Source: an uncultured Sphaerobacteraceae bacterium (GTDB taxonomy: Bacteria; Chloroflexota; Chloroflexia; Thermomicrobiales; UBA6265). Taken from it: a DNA stretch of 38,523 nt. Each line of letters starts with the position of its first letter. Within the stretch, counting starts at the first letter, position 1. Both the position numbers and the translations under genes were made by a program. This document shows positions 17,532-26,159 of the stretch, piece after piece. The notes below the pieces were generated by a model that worked only from the letters and a program-made list of their open reading frames with translations, did no database searches and was not told the DNA's origin. The DNA is taken from the NCBI GenBank assembly GCA_964624125.1, contig CAZVAA010000002.1, positions 1 through 38,523 on the forward strand, written 5' to 3'.

Positions 17532-17559
17532 ATTATATGCCTTTGAGTCAATTTGTCGA
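17532..17559 (-). promoter_or_regulatory. Sigma-70-like promoter TCGACA-N16-TATAAT for ftsK
   Basis: Consensus -10 and a 5/6 -35 in an AT-rich island. It would give a ~90-nt leader. Confidence 0.5.
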
Positions 17560-17567
17560 GCAATGGC

Positions 17568-17596
17568 AAAGAAAAAGGGGCCGCCAGTGCGGCCCC
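17568..17596 (-). terminator. Rho-independent terminator of the RNase J transcription unit
   Basis: On the minus strand: GGGGCCGC-ACTG-GCGGCCCC followed by TTTTTCTTT. Confidence 0.8.
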
Positions 17597-17632
17597 GAAC
17601 ACATGGAAACGACTGGGAGATGGATTTCGCCG

Positions 17633-19291
17633 CTAGGGCAACTCGAGCACAAGCGGCAGCACCATCGGACGCCGCCGCGTATTGCGATACACGTAATCCA
17701 GCACTGCGTCCCGGATCACACGCTCCCGAGCGGCGACGTCGCCCTCGGGCCCCCGGTCCTCGATCGCGGCGATGACAGCGTCCGCCAGCCCCTTCGCATG
17801 ATCCTTCGACCGCATCGCCGAGAACCCTCGCGTGGATACCTTCGGACCAGCAAGCACCTCGCCGGTCTCCCGGTCGATACCCACCGCGACGGAAAGCAGG
17901 CCATCCTGCGACATCATCTGCCGGTCCTGCAGTACGTTCTGGTTGAGGTGCCCGATAGAGGAGCCTTCAACCAGGACCGAGCCCACATCGACCTGGTCCA
18001 CGATCCGCGCGCCCTCTCCCGTCAACTCGACGACATCGCCGCGGTCCACGATCGTGACTCGCTCGCGGGGGATGCCATGTTCGACGGCGAGATCGGCGTA
18101 GAGGGCCAGGTGGCGTGGTTCGCCGTGCGTTGGAATAACATTCACCGGACGGACCAGCTCGATCATCCGGCGAAGTTCCTCCCGGCCTGCGTGGCCGGAG
18201 ACATGCACCCGCGCCCGACCGGCATAGATAACCTCCGCACCGGAGCGGAACAATTGGTCGATGATCCGGAACACGGACGTCTCGTTGCCGGGGATCGGCG
18301 TCGCCGACACGATGACCGTGTCCCCTTCCCCAACCGTGATTCGTGGGTGATCCCGGTTCGCGATCCGGCTGAGGACCGCCATCGGCTCGCCCTGGCTACC
18401 CGTCACCACGTAGACGATCTCATCGTCCTGCAGTTGCGCGGCCTGCCGCGCAGTCACCAGAACCTCGTCCGGATCCTTCAGGTAGCCGAGCTCGGTAGCG
18501 ACACGAACATTGTTCTCCAGGCTGCGCCCCATCGGCGCAACCTTGCGGCCATGCCGGCTGGCGGTGTCGATCACCTGCTGGATGCGCGCGATCAATGACG
18601 CGAATGTGGCGATAATGATCCGTCCGGGCGCCTGGCCAAAGACCTCCTCGTACGTCTCGCCGACGACGCGCTCCGAGGGTGTGTGTCCATCCCGCTCGAC
18701 ATTCACGCAGTCGGAGATGAGGAGCGCGACGCCCCGGTCGCCGAACTCCTGCAACAGTGCGGTGTCGGTGGGCCGGTCGTCGATCGGTGTCGGGTCGAAC
18801 TTGAAGTCCCCGGTAATGACGATCAGGCCCGCTGGCGTGGTGATTCCGAATCCGACCGCGTCAGGGATGCTGTGGGTAACGCGAAACGGCTCGATAATGA
18901 AGCCCCCGGCCTGGATCTTCGGACGCTCGTCCGGGTCGAAGACCTCGATCTGCACTTTTTCCGCGAGTTTCTTCTCGCGCATCTTGACGGTGATCAGCCC
19001 GGCGGTCAGCTTCGTCGCGTGGATCGGCGCGCCAATGTCTTCCCAAACCCATGGCAGCGCGCCGATATGGTCCTCGTGTCCGTGCGTGATGAAGATGCCG
19101 CGGATCTTGTCTTTCCGCTCGGCAAGATAGGAAACATCCGGAAGGACGAGGTCGACGCCCGGCTGGTCCTCCTCCGGAAAGCCGAGCCCGCAATCGATAA
19201 CGACCAGGTCATCGTCGGTCTCGAGCAGCAGGATATTCTTGCCAACTTCCCCGATCCCGCCGAGGAAGATTACGCGCACCGCATCACTCAC
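17633..19291 (-). CDS. rnj: Ribonuclease J (metallo-beta-lactamase / beta-CASP)
   Basis: 552 aa. VIFLGGIGEVGKN, HGHEDHIGALPW, and the expected length and domain order. GTG start. Confidence 0.92.
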   Translation of the reverse strand: MSDAVRVIFLGGIGEVGKNILLLETDDDLVVIDCGLGFPEEDQPGVDLVLPDVSYLAERKDKIRGIFITHGHEDHIGALPWVWEDIGAPIHATKLTAGLITVKMREKKLAEKVQIEVFDPDERPKIQAGGFIIEPFRVTHSIPDAVGFGITTPAGLIVITGDFKFDPTPIDDRPTDTALLQEFGDRGVALLISDCVNVERDGHTPSERVVGETYEEVFGQAPGRIIIATFASLIARIQQVIDTASRHGRKVAPMGRSLENNVRVATELGYLKDPDEVLVTARQAAQLQDDEIVYVVTGSQGEPMAVLSRIANRDHPRITVGEGDTVIVSATPIPGNETSVFRIIDQLFRSGAEVIYAGRARVHVSGHAGREELRRMIELVRPVNVIPTHGEPRHLALYADLAVEHGIPRERVTIVDRGDVVELTGEGARIVDQVDVGSVLVEGSSIGHLNQNVLQDRQMMSQDGLLSVAVGIDRETGEVLAGPKVSTRGFSAMRSKDHAKGLADAVIAAIEDRGPEGDVAARERVIRDAVLDYVYRNTRRRPMVLPLVLELP

Positions 19292-19325
19292 GCCTCAATC
19301 GATCCTTTTTCACCGGCATCTGCGC

Positions 19326-19949
19326 CTAGAACAGGGTGCCCTGGGATGGCTGGTTGTTCTTTTCGTTCTCCGCCTCACGCTTCTTGTCGCGTTCAGCGAG
19401 AAGTCGCGGCAACTTCTTGAAGTCGTCCTCGATCACGCTCTTGAGGGAGCCATTGTGAAGCGCCGCGGCCGGATGATACATCGGCACCACGAAGCGCCCA
19501 CCGACCTCCTTGGCCTCGCCGTGGATCTTGCTGATCTTCTCGCCGGGGAAATACTTCGCCATGGAGAATCGGCCAAGGGTCACGATAACGTCCGGATCGA
19601 TGGCGGATATCTGCCGCTCGAGGTAGATGGAGCATGCCATGATCTCGTCCGGCAACGGATCGCGATTCCCCGGCGGGCGATGTTTCACCACATTGGTGAT
19701 ATACACATCCTCGCGCGAAAGACCGGCGCTTTCGATCAGTTCCGTCAGGAACTTGCCGGACGCGCCGACAAACGGCTTGCCCTGCTTGTCCTCGTGATAA
19801 CCAGGCGCCTCTCCGATGAAGAGAATCCGCGCCTCCACATTCCCTTCACCCGGGACAGCGTTGTTCGCTGACCGGTGCAGCTCACACAGCGTACATCCGT
19901 CGACTTCCTCGCGAACCTTCGCGATCTCCTCTTTGGCCGAAACTGCCAT
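19326..19949 (-). CDS. Uracil-DNA glycosylase, family 4
   Basis: CTLCELH (Fe-S Cys), GEAPG, FVGASGKFL, HRPPGNRDP. Start at ATG 19949 (MAVSAKEE) with GGAGG 7 nt upstream. A TATACT -10-like hexamer lies at 19983-19988 on the same strand. Confidence 0.85.
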   Translation of the reverse strand: MAVSAKEEIAKVREEVDGCTLCELHRSANNAVPGEGNVEARILFIGEAPGYHEDKQGKPFVGASGKFLTELIESAGLSREDVYITNVVKHRPPGNRDPLPDEIMACSIYLERQISAIDPDVIVTLGRFSMAKYFPGEKISKIHGEAKEVGGRFVVPMYHPAAALHNGSLKSVIEDDFKKLPRLLAERDKKREAENEKNNQPSQGTLF

Positions 19950-20010
19950 TACGGTTCCTCCATCCATACTCTACCGACAGGGAGTATAGCCGGATGCATG
20001 CCAGACCCGG

Positions 20011-20040
20011 AACGCCCCCGGAGGTGTCTCCGGGGGCGTT
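20011..20040 (-). terminator. Strong hairpin downstream of the deacetylase gene (AACGCCCCCGGAG-GTGT-CTCCGGGGGCGTT), no U-tract
   Basis: 13-bp perfect stem, 34 nt after the stop at 20075. Confidence 0.5.
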
Positions 20041-20074
20041 CTTGGTGGCAAGGCGAGTCGCAGGAACGCGCTCG

Positions 20075-22855
20075 CTACGGGAGCTCTTCGGCGATCGCCT
20101 GGACGTGACCATGCTCATCGACGAAGGAGATCAGGATGAACCCTCCCGACGTGCCGGACGGGAAGGCATGTGTGTATGTCTCGCCCGCCGTCACCGCCTG
20201 TTCCACCTGAGCAAGGACCTGCCCTTCGTGATAGTGGAAGACCCGCACGTCGCCATCTGACTGCGCGGTGTAGGTGACGCCAAGATGCTGGCCATCGCTG
20301 GTCGCCTCGTCGACGACGATACCCTCGCCTTCCGGCACCTGCGGGTTACCACCAAGCCCCACGCCGTCCCGGGCAGACTGCAGGATCGACCACGGGGAAT
20401 TCACGCTCTCCGCGACGTCGAGCGGCATCTGCGGCTCGTCAACCGCCGCTTCGGCCTCAGGTGAGGCGTCCGCCTGCGGCGTCGCCATCGACTCCGGATC
20501 GCCAAACGTCTCGAACTGCAGCTTGCCCCAGCGGTACGGATCACCCTGGACACCACGCCAGGTCGACCAACCAAGTCGGGTCTGGCCCGTCAGGTCCTGG
20601 GTATCCGAGTCGTAGATGAAAATATTCATCGTGGCGTTATCGGGGTCGATCGTCGCCGGCAGCGCGTCGTACGGAATGAACACCTCCAGCACGTAGCCGG
20701 TATACGGCTCACTCACCGAAGACGCGACTTCAAAGCCGGGAGCTGTCTCCGCGACCGGTCCCTGGAAGTTATCGGCATCCCGGTAGGCGGCCGGCTCGCC
20801 CTCCTCGGTGGTCGGGAAGACGCCGACCTTGAAGGTCGCTGACGTGTTGCTCGCCGTGCCCAGCGGATCGATTGCGATCTCGACCGAATCGGTCCGCCAG
20901 TGACGCTTCGCGTCATGCTCCGGGAGCACCGTGCCGAGCGTGTCGTCGGTCACATCCACCGCGATGTAGAGGCCTTCCTCATCATAGGTCACCCATGCAC
21001 TGCCCGAGCCATCCTCGGGTGAGTCAACCGGCTCGCCTTCCCAGACACGGCTGAGGTCGATCGGCTCGCCGGTATATTCGCCGTCGGCGATCTCCCCATC
21101 CAGATCCGGGGCGGTGCCGGCCAGCGGGACCGTCGTCACCGGGACGAGGTTGATACCAGCCTCCTGCACCGATTCACCGGAATCGGTTGTCGTGGTGATC
21201 GTGAACGCATAGGTCCCCTCTTCGCCACCCTCGTTGGACGTCGCGAGCGAGGTGTCATCGTTGGTAATGGTGAACGTCACATCGGTCTCGCCACCAGCGT
21301 CGACATCATTGAAGTCGACGGCGTCCGAATCGGCGGAGAATCCTTCCGGCAACGCGAGGGAGACCGTACCTGAGGCCGCCTCGTCTCCGCTATTCGTCAC
21401 GGTCACCGTGATGTCGCGTGTCTGGCCGCTGCCCATCGAGAAGACCGGGAAGATCAGCGCATCGAGCTGCTGGACATCAACCTGGTCCACCCATTCGCGG
21501 AAGTACGCAACTTCCGGCAGTGGCTCCAGCGTCCCATCAACGGTCGCGGCGACATGAACGACCTCGATCGTGTCCGCCGTCGCCTCGCCGGCGGTGACCG
21601 TCGCGCCGATCCGGTATCGCTGGTTGGTGTCAGCATCTTCGGCGGGCGTCACCTCGAAGGTCCATTGCAGCTCGCCATCGACCTCGGCAGCCTCACCGGC
21701 GTCACTGGCCTCCCAGCCGACTGGCAGGGCCAACTCAACGGACGCCGACTCGTCGATGCCGTCACCCCTGAGGTGCGCGGTAACCTCGAACGCCTCGCCG
21801 GCGCTGACATCGAACGATTCTGTCGTCAGGTAAAACTCGGAGCCGAGTGGCAAGCCGCCCTCCACAGGGATCACCGCGCCTTCGAGGATCGCGGTGGTCG
21901 ACGTGTTGTCGACATCGAATGGAGCGCGGCTATCGATCAGCGTGAAGTAGTCGCAGCCAATCTCCTCGGGATCAGTGGGAGCATCCGGGAACGCTCCCCA
22001 CCCCTGGGAAACGTACGACTGTTGCGCCTTGCGCTCGATATCGGCCCAGGTTGTGCCATGGATTTCCGACTCGGTGCCGTTCCAGACCCCGAAGATGACG
22101 TCTGATTCGTCCTGTGGCTGGAATGTCTCGGCACATTGCGGGCCCGGCGTCGCCTCGCCCGATGCACCGCTGCGCATGATGCGCGATGCGCGCCAGGTCT
22201 CGAGCCCTTCGGACTCGATCTGGTCCGGGAACATCTCCGGGTCGGCGGCTGCGTAGAATGCGTGGATCGCGAGCCGGCCTGCCATCTGGTGGTGGCCATG
22301 CTGTCCCGGCGTGGGGGCCGGGTTCATGGTGATCAGCACTTCTGGCTGGGTGGTGCGGATGACCCGAACCACCTTCTCGAGCGTCTCCTCGTAGCCCCAT
22401 GTCTCGGCGGTAAGTTCGGCGCTTACCGTGTAATAGAAGTCGACCTCGTCGAGGTTGTAGAGGTGCTGGATACCGGCCATGCCGATGGCATTTCGCTCCT
22501 CGACTTCCCGGAGCAATCCGAGCGCCGGGCCCTCTTCGGTCCCGGAGGCATTGCCGCCGCCCTCGCCCCGGGTGATGGTAATCACCCCGACCTGGGCATC
22601 GTTGAATTCGTTCCATTGGCCGTAGGTGCCGAGGCCGCCGGCCTCATCGTCCGGATGCGCTCCGACAAACAGCACATCGAGATCGACGGTGCCATCTTCG
22701 GCGACCTCCGGCGTTGCTACCGGCGTCGCATCCGTCACCGGCGACGCGACGGGAGTCGCATCCTGCGCGGTGACCGCCCCGGCAAAGCTACCGAGGATCA
22801 GGGTGAGCGAGAAAACGATCGAGAACATCAGCCGTGACGGGGACCGGGAGCGCAT
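20075..22855 (-). CDS. Secreted multidomain PIG-L/LmbE-family deacetylase with NEW3/CARDB-like beta-sandwich repeats and a CBM9/DOMON-like carbohydrate-binding domain
   Basis: Signal-peptide-like MRSRSPSRLMFSIVFSLTLILGSFAGAVTAQD, a Thr/Pro/Ala linker, PIG-L motifs GAHPDDEAGG, ITRGEGGGN and HGHHQ, then repetitive acidic beta-rich regions. CBM9-like WVTYDEEGLYIAVDVTDD...HWRTDSVEIAIDP. Start at ATG 22855 with GAGGAGGA 6 nt upstream. Domain calls beyond PIG-L are from memory of family signatures. Confidence 0.75.
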   Translation of the reverse strand: MRSRSPSRLMFSIVFSLTLILGSFAGAVTAQDATPVASPVTDATPVATPEVAEDGTVDLDVLFVGAHPDDEAGGLGTYGQWNEFNDAQVGVITITRGEGGGNASGTEEGPALGLLREVEERNAIGMAGIQHLYNLDEVDFYYTVSAELTAETWGYEETLEKVVRVIRTTQPEVLITMNPAPTPGQHGHHQMAGRLAIHAFYAAADPEMFPDQIESEGLETWRASRIMRSGASGEATPGPQCAETFQPQDESDVIFGVWNGTESEIHGTTWADIERKAQQSYVSQGWGAFPDAPTDPEEIGCDYFTLIDSRAPFDVDNTSTTAILEGAVIPVEGGLPLGSEFYLTTESFDVSAGEAFEVTAHLRGDGIDESASVELALPVGWEASDAGEAAEVDGELQWTFEVTPAEDADTNQRYRIGATVTAGEATADTIEVVHVAATVDGTLEPLPEVAYFREWVDQVDVQQLDALIFPVFSMGSGQTRDITVTVTNSGDEAASGTVSLALPEGFSADSDAVDFNDVDAGGETDVTFTITNDDTSLATSNEGGEEGTYAFTITTTTDSGESVQEAGINLVPVTTVPLAGTAPDLDGEIADGEYTGEPIDLSRVWEGEPVDSPEDGSGSAWVTYDEEGLYIAVDVTDDTLGTVLPEHDAKRHWRTDSVEIAIDPLGTASNTSATFKVGVFPTTEEGEPAAYRDADNFQGPVAETAPGFEVASSVSEPYTGYVLEVFIPYDALPATIDPDNATMNIFIYDSDTQDLTGQTRLGWSTWRGVQGDPYRWGKLQFETFGDPESMATPQADASPEAEAAVDEPQMPLDVAESVNSPWSILQSARDGVGLGGNPQVPEGEGIVVDEATSDGQHLGVTYTAQSDGDVRVFHYHEGQVLAQVEQAVTAGETYTHAFPSGTSGGFILISFVDEHGHVQAIAEELP

Positions 22856-22941
22856 GCGTATCCTCCTCAGGAAACGAGCCGCGAGTGAAGGGTTCCCATC
22901 CGACCACACTTCGCCGGATCAGGCAACCCATCTTGCCCGAG

Positions 22942-23757
22942 TTATCCCTTGACGGCGCCTTGCGTGATGCCCTGGACGAGCTGTCGCTGGAACAGGAGAA
23001 ACATCGCGACCAATGGCAGGAAGATGATGGTCGCGCCGGCCGCGACCAGCGGGATGTTCGCCGTCCAGCGCTGCTGGAAATAGAGCAACCCAACCGGCAG
23101 CGTGTGGTACTTCGGATCGATGTTTACCACCAGCGGCAGGAGGAACTCATTCCATGTCCAGATAAAGAACATCAACGAGACCGTCCCGATCATCGGCCGC
23201 GCCAGCGGATACATGACCTGCCACAGCGTCGTCCACGAGTTCGCGCCGTCAACGACGGACGCCTCCATGATCTCCCGTGGAATCGAGAGAAACGCCTGGC
23301 GCATCAGCAAGGTGCCAAAGGACATACTCATCGCGATTTGTGGCAAGATCAGTGCCCACAGGCTGTCCAGCAACCCCATCTCGCGGAGCAGGTAGTAGAG
23401 CGGGACGACCAACGCCTGCAGCGGGATCACCAGCCCCAGCATCAGGTACGTGAAGAGCACACCCGATCCGCGGAAACGGAAGCGCGCGAACGCGTACCCG
23501 CTCATGGTCGAGAGCACCACGGAGGGGATGACCACCCCGACCGCAACGATGATGCTGTTGAGGAAGAATCGCCCGAACCGCCCCTGACGCCACGCCTCGG
23601 CATAGTTGCCCCACTGCGCCTCCTCCGGCAAGGAGAAGATTCCCTGGACCAGTTCGCCGGTGGTCTTTAATGATGCGAGGATGGTGATGATGAATGGGGC
23701 GATGGCGACCACGACGCCGAGCACCAGCAGCCCATAAACGATCCAGCGCCTAATCAT
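22942..23757 (-). CDS. Carbohydrate ABC transporter permease (CUT1, MalG-like)
   Basis: 271 aa, 6 predicted TM segments, EAA-type loop EASVVDGANSWTTLWQVMYPLARP. It overlaps the upstream permease gene by 8 nt. Confidence 0.88.
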   Translation of the reverse strand: MIRRWIVYGLLVLGVVVAIAPFIITILASLKTTGELVQGIFSLPEEAQWGNYAEAWRQGRFGRFFLNSIIVAVGVVIPSVVLSTMSGYAFARFRFRGSGVLFTYLMLGLVIPLQALVVPLYYLLREMGLLDSLWALILPQIAMSMSFGTLLMRQAFLSIPREIMEASVVDGANSWTTLWQVMYPLARPMIGTVSLMFFIWTWNEFLLPLVVNIDPKYHTLPVGLLYFQQRWTANIPLVAAGATIIFLPLVAMFLLFQRQLVQGITQGAVKG

Positions 23758-24706
23758 CTCGTTCCCCGAAGAAGCGGAGCACCAGCATGGAGCCGACCAG
23801 CGTAATCACCGCCAGCAACACAGCGATCGCCGTGCCGTAGCCCGCGCGGTTCGCTCCGAAAGCCGTGTTGATCATGTACAGCGCCATCACCTGCGTCTCG
23901 TCACCGGGGCCGCCATCCGTCGTCGCCTTGATGATGTCGAAGGCGCGGAGGGCATTGATCAGGTTGACCGAGAGCACCACCGCCATCTCACGCCGAAGTC
24001 CCGGCAACGTCACGGCGAAGAACTCCTGGAACCGGTTCGCGCCGTCGAGGCGGGCCGCCTCATAGAGCTCGTTGGGGATTTTCTGCAGGCCAGCAATGAA
24101 GATGACGTAGCAGAATCCATAGGCCGCCCACGCGCCGATCATGCCGACCGTCGGCAACGCCCAGGTGAAATCGCCCAGCCACGTCGGAGGCGAAAAGCCA
24201 AGATCCTTCAGGATCTTGTTCACCGGTCCAAAGATCGGGTTGAGTATCCACGCCCACACCACACCAATGAGCACGCCCGGCATGATATACGGCAGGAACA
24301 ATCCCGCCTGGAACCACCGCGCACCCCGAATGCGTAGCTGGTGCACGATCGCGGCCGGGATCAACCCGAGCAACGCTGGCAACAGCATGAAGAACGGGAT
24401 CAGCAACAGGTTGTTGACGAAGGCGTTCTGGAACCGGCTGTCGGTGATCGCGGTCCAGTAATTCTCGAGCCCGATGAATGTCGCTGTGTTCCAGCTCACG
24501 CCGTTCCACGCGGTCAGGCTGAGAATGACCGTCCCGACGACCGGGATCGCGAGAAAGATCGTGAAGATGACGAGGGCCGGCGCGAGATAGAGATACGGCT
24601 CATACCGTAGCCAACGGCTGCCGCCCACGACGTCCGCGACAGGGGCGGCCTCATCGGCCGCCCCCGCGCGTTCCGAAGCGAGATCAGGATTCGAAGGAGC
24701 TTGCAT
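23750..24706 (-). CDS. Carbohydrate ABC transporter permease (CUT1, MalF-like)
   Basis: EAA loop EAARLDGANRFQEFFAVTLPGL. Start at ATG 24706 (MQAPSN...) with CAGGAG 4 nt upstream. It overlaps the binding-protein gene's 3' end by 23 nt. The track start at 24745 is less likely. Confidence 0.85.
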   Translation of the reverse strand: MQAPSNPDLASERAGAADEAAPVADVVGGSRWLRYEPYLYLAPALVIFTIFLAIPVVGTVILSLTAWNGVSWNTATFIGLENYWTAITDSRFQNAFVNNLLLIPFFMLLPALLGLIPAAIVHQLRIRGARWFQAGLFLPYIMPGVLIGVVWAWILNPIFGPVNKILKDLGFSPPTWLGDFTWALPTVGMIGAWAAYGFCYVIFIAGLQKIPNELYEAARLDGANRFQEFFAVTLPGLRREMAVVLSVNLINALRAFDIIKATTDGGPGDETQVMALYMINTAFGANRAGYGTAIAVLLAVITLVGSMLVLRFFGERDD

Positions 24707-26024
24707 AGGACTCCTGCAAGGTCGCCGCGAACGTTTCCGCGTCAACCTCGCCGGCCAGAAGCTTCTGCAACTCGCCGGTGATCACGTCGTAGAAGTCCGG
24801 GGTCGCCCAGTCGAGATAATGCCCGACGGCGTCGGCCTCCAGCGCCGCGTTCCACGACATGTAGAGCTCGCCGGACAGCGTGCCTTCCACGATCCGGTCC
24901 TCCGGGATCTCCCCGGCCGGCAAGATGCCCGCATCGATGATCGCGTTGCGCGTCTCCTCAGACACGATCTCATTGATCAGTTCGGCTGCAAGGTCAGGTG
25001 ACTGTGCATTCGCCGTAATCGAGTACGGGATGCCGACTCCGCCGACGTGCAGGACGCTCCCGCCCTCTTCGGCGGGTGGCATCAGGAAGAAGCCAGCGTC
25101 GTCACCCATATCGGCCGCGACTTGCCCGGCCGCCCACGAGCCCTGCATCAGCATGGCTCCGCCGCCGGAAGTGAAGATCGGGATTGCGTCGTCACCATTG
25201 ACGCCCTCCATGCCCTCCAGGAAGTAGCCCTTCTCCTTCCATTCCACGAGCATGTTCGCGGCGTCGATGATCGACTGGTCCTCGAACGTCGCGTTGTTGC
25301 GGCGGTAGATGATGTTGTCGAGGTATTCACGATCGGTCAGCGTACCGTGAAGCTCGCTGAACATATGGATGGCCTGCCAGCCGTCCAGCGTCCCGAACAG
25401 GATCGGCTCGACACCGTTATCCCGCAACGTGCCGAGCAACTCCTCGAATTCGGCGACGGTGTTCGGGATCTCCAGGCCGTGCTCGTCAAAGATCGAGCGG
25501 CTGTAATAGAACCCGACGATCTCGGTTTCGGCGGAGACGCCCCAAAGATCACCTTCGCCAAACTGGGACCCATCGCTGCTGTAGCGGTTGCGCGCCAGCA
25601 AGCCCTCCGGCATCAACTGGTCCCAGCCATATTCCGTTGCGTAGTCATTCAGCGGCGTGAGCATGTTGCCGCGAATCATCGGCCCCATCAGGGCCTCGCC
25701 GTTATTGACCTGGGCCACATCCGGCCCCTGGTCGCCCTCGACTGAGCGCGGCAGCGTGGAGACGAGCTCATCGGTCGACCAACCACGGTGCTCCACCTCG
25801 ATGCCCTGGGCTTCACCAAAACGGGACGCGACGTCGTCCATGATGTCGCTGCGCGGGGGAGCATTGAGCGTGTCCCAGAACACCATGCTGTCCACGTCGG
25901 GCGCCGCGCCTGGCGTCCCGTCGTCCTGCGCCACGACGCTGTGCGTCGCCACGCTGGCTCCAAGGGCCAGGCCCGCGGTTACCGCTCCGGAACGCTTCAT
26001 GAGTTCGCGTCGATCGAGAGTCAT
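24684..26024 (-). CDS. ABC transporter extracellular solute-binding protein (family 1 sugar-binding), Tat-type signal
   Basis: MTLDRRELMKRSGAVTAGLALGASVATHSVVAQD twin-arginine leader. Start at ATG 26024 with AAGGAG 5 nt upstream. Size and composition are typical of CUT1 SBPs. Confidence 0.85.
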   Translation of the reverse strand: MTLDRRELMKRSGAVTAGLALGASVATHSVVAQDDGTPGAAPDVDSMVFWDTLNAPPRSDIMDDVASRFGEAQGIEVEHRGWSTDELVSTLPRSVEGDQGPDVAQVNNGEALMGPMIRGNMLTPLNDYATEYGWDQLMPEGLLARNRYSSDGSQFGEGDLWGVSAETEIVGFYYSRSIFDEHGLEIPNTVAEFEELLGTLRDNGVEPILFGTLDGWQAIHMFSELHGTLTDREYLDNIIYRRNNATFEDQSIIDAANMLVEWKEKGYFLEGMEGVNGDDAIPIFTSGGGAMLMQGSWAAGQVAADMGDDAGFFLMPPAEEGGSVLHVGGVGIPYSITANAQSPDLAAELINEIVSEETRNAIIDAGILPAGEIPEDRIVEGTLSGELYMSWNAALEADAVGHYLDWATPDFYDVITGELQKLLAGEVDAETFAATLQESYASSFES

Positions 26025-26101
26025 ACCGGCTCCTTTCGTAAACGCCAGAAAGAGTCCCGCTATCGGGATTTTGCGCACGATCGCGTAGCTGTCAGGCGTT
26101 C

Positions 26102-26130
26102 ATCATGACATGCAGCTATGACCGGGTCAA
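26102..26130 (-). promoter_or_regulatory. Sigma-70-like promoter TTGACC-N17-CATGAT for the ABC/deacetylase locus
   Basis: Hexamers read on the minus strand about 75 nt upstream of the SBP start. The imperfect inverted repeat AGCTG-TCA...TGA-CATG-CAGCT overlaps the spacer and -10, and could be an operator. Confidence 0.45.
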
Positions 26131-26159
26131 TCAGGAACAGGCAAGAATCGCGCCATGCA

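Noticed and set aside
18505-18515. GAAC-ATT-GTTC palindrome inside rnj. Also GAAC-GAA-GTTC at 8611..8621 in nadK and GAACCGGTTC at 24029..24038 in a permease gene.
   Set aside because: The spacing (N3 or N2) is wrong for a Cheo-type LexA box, and all three sit inside coding sequence. Most likely chance palindromes.
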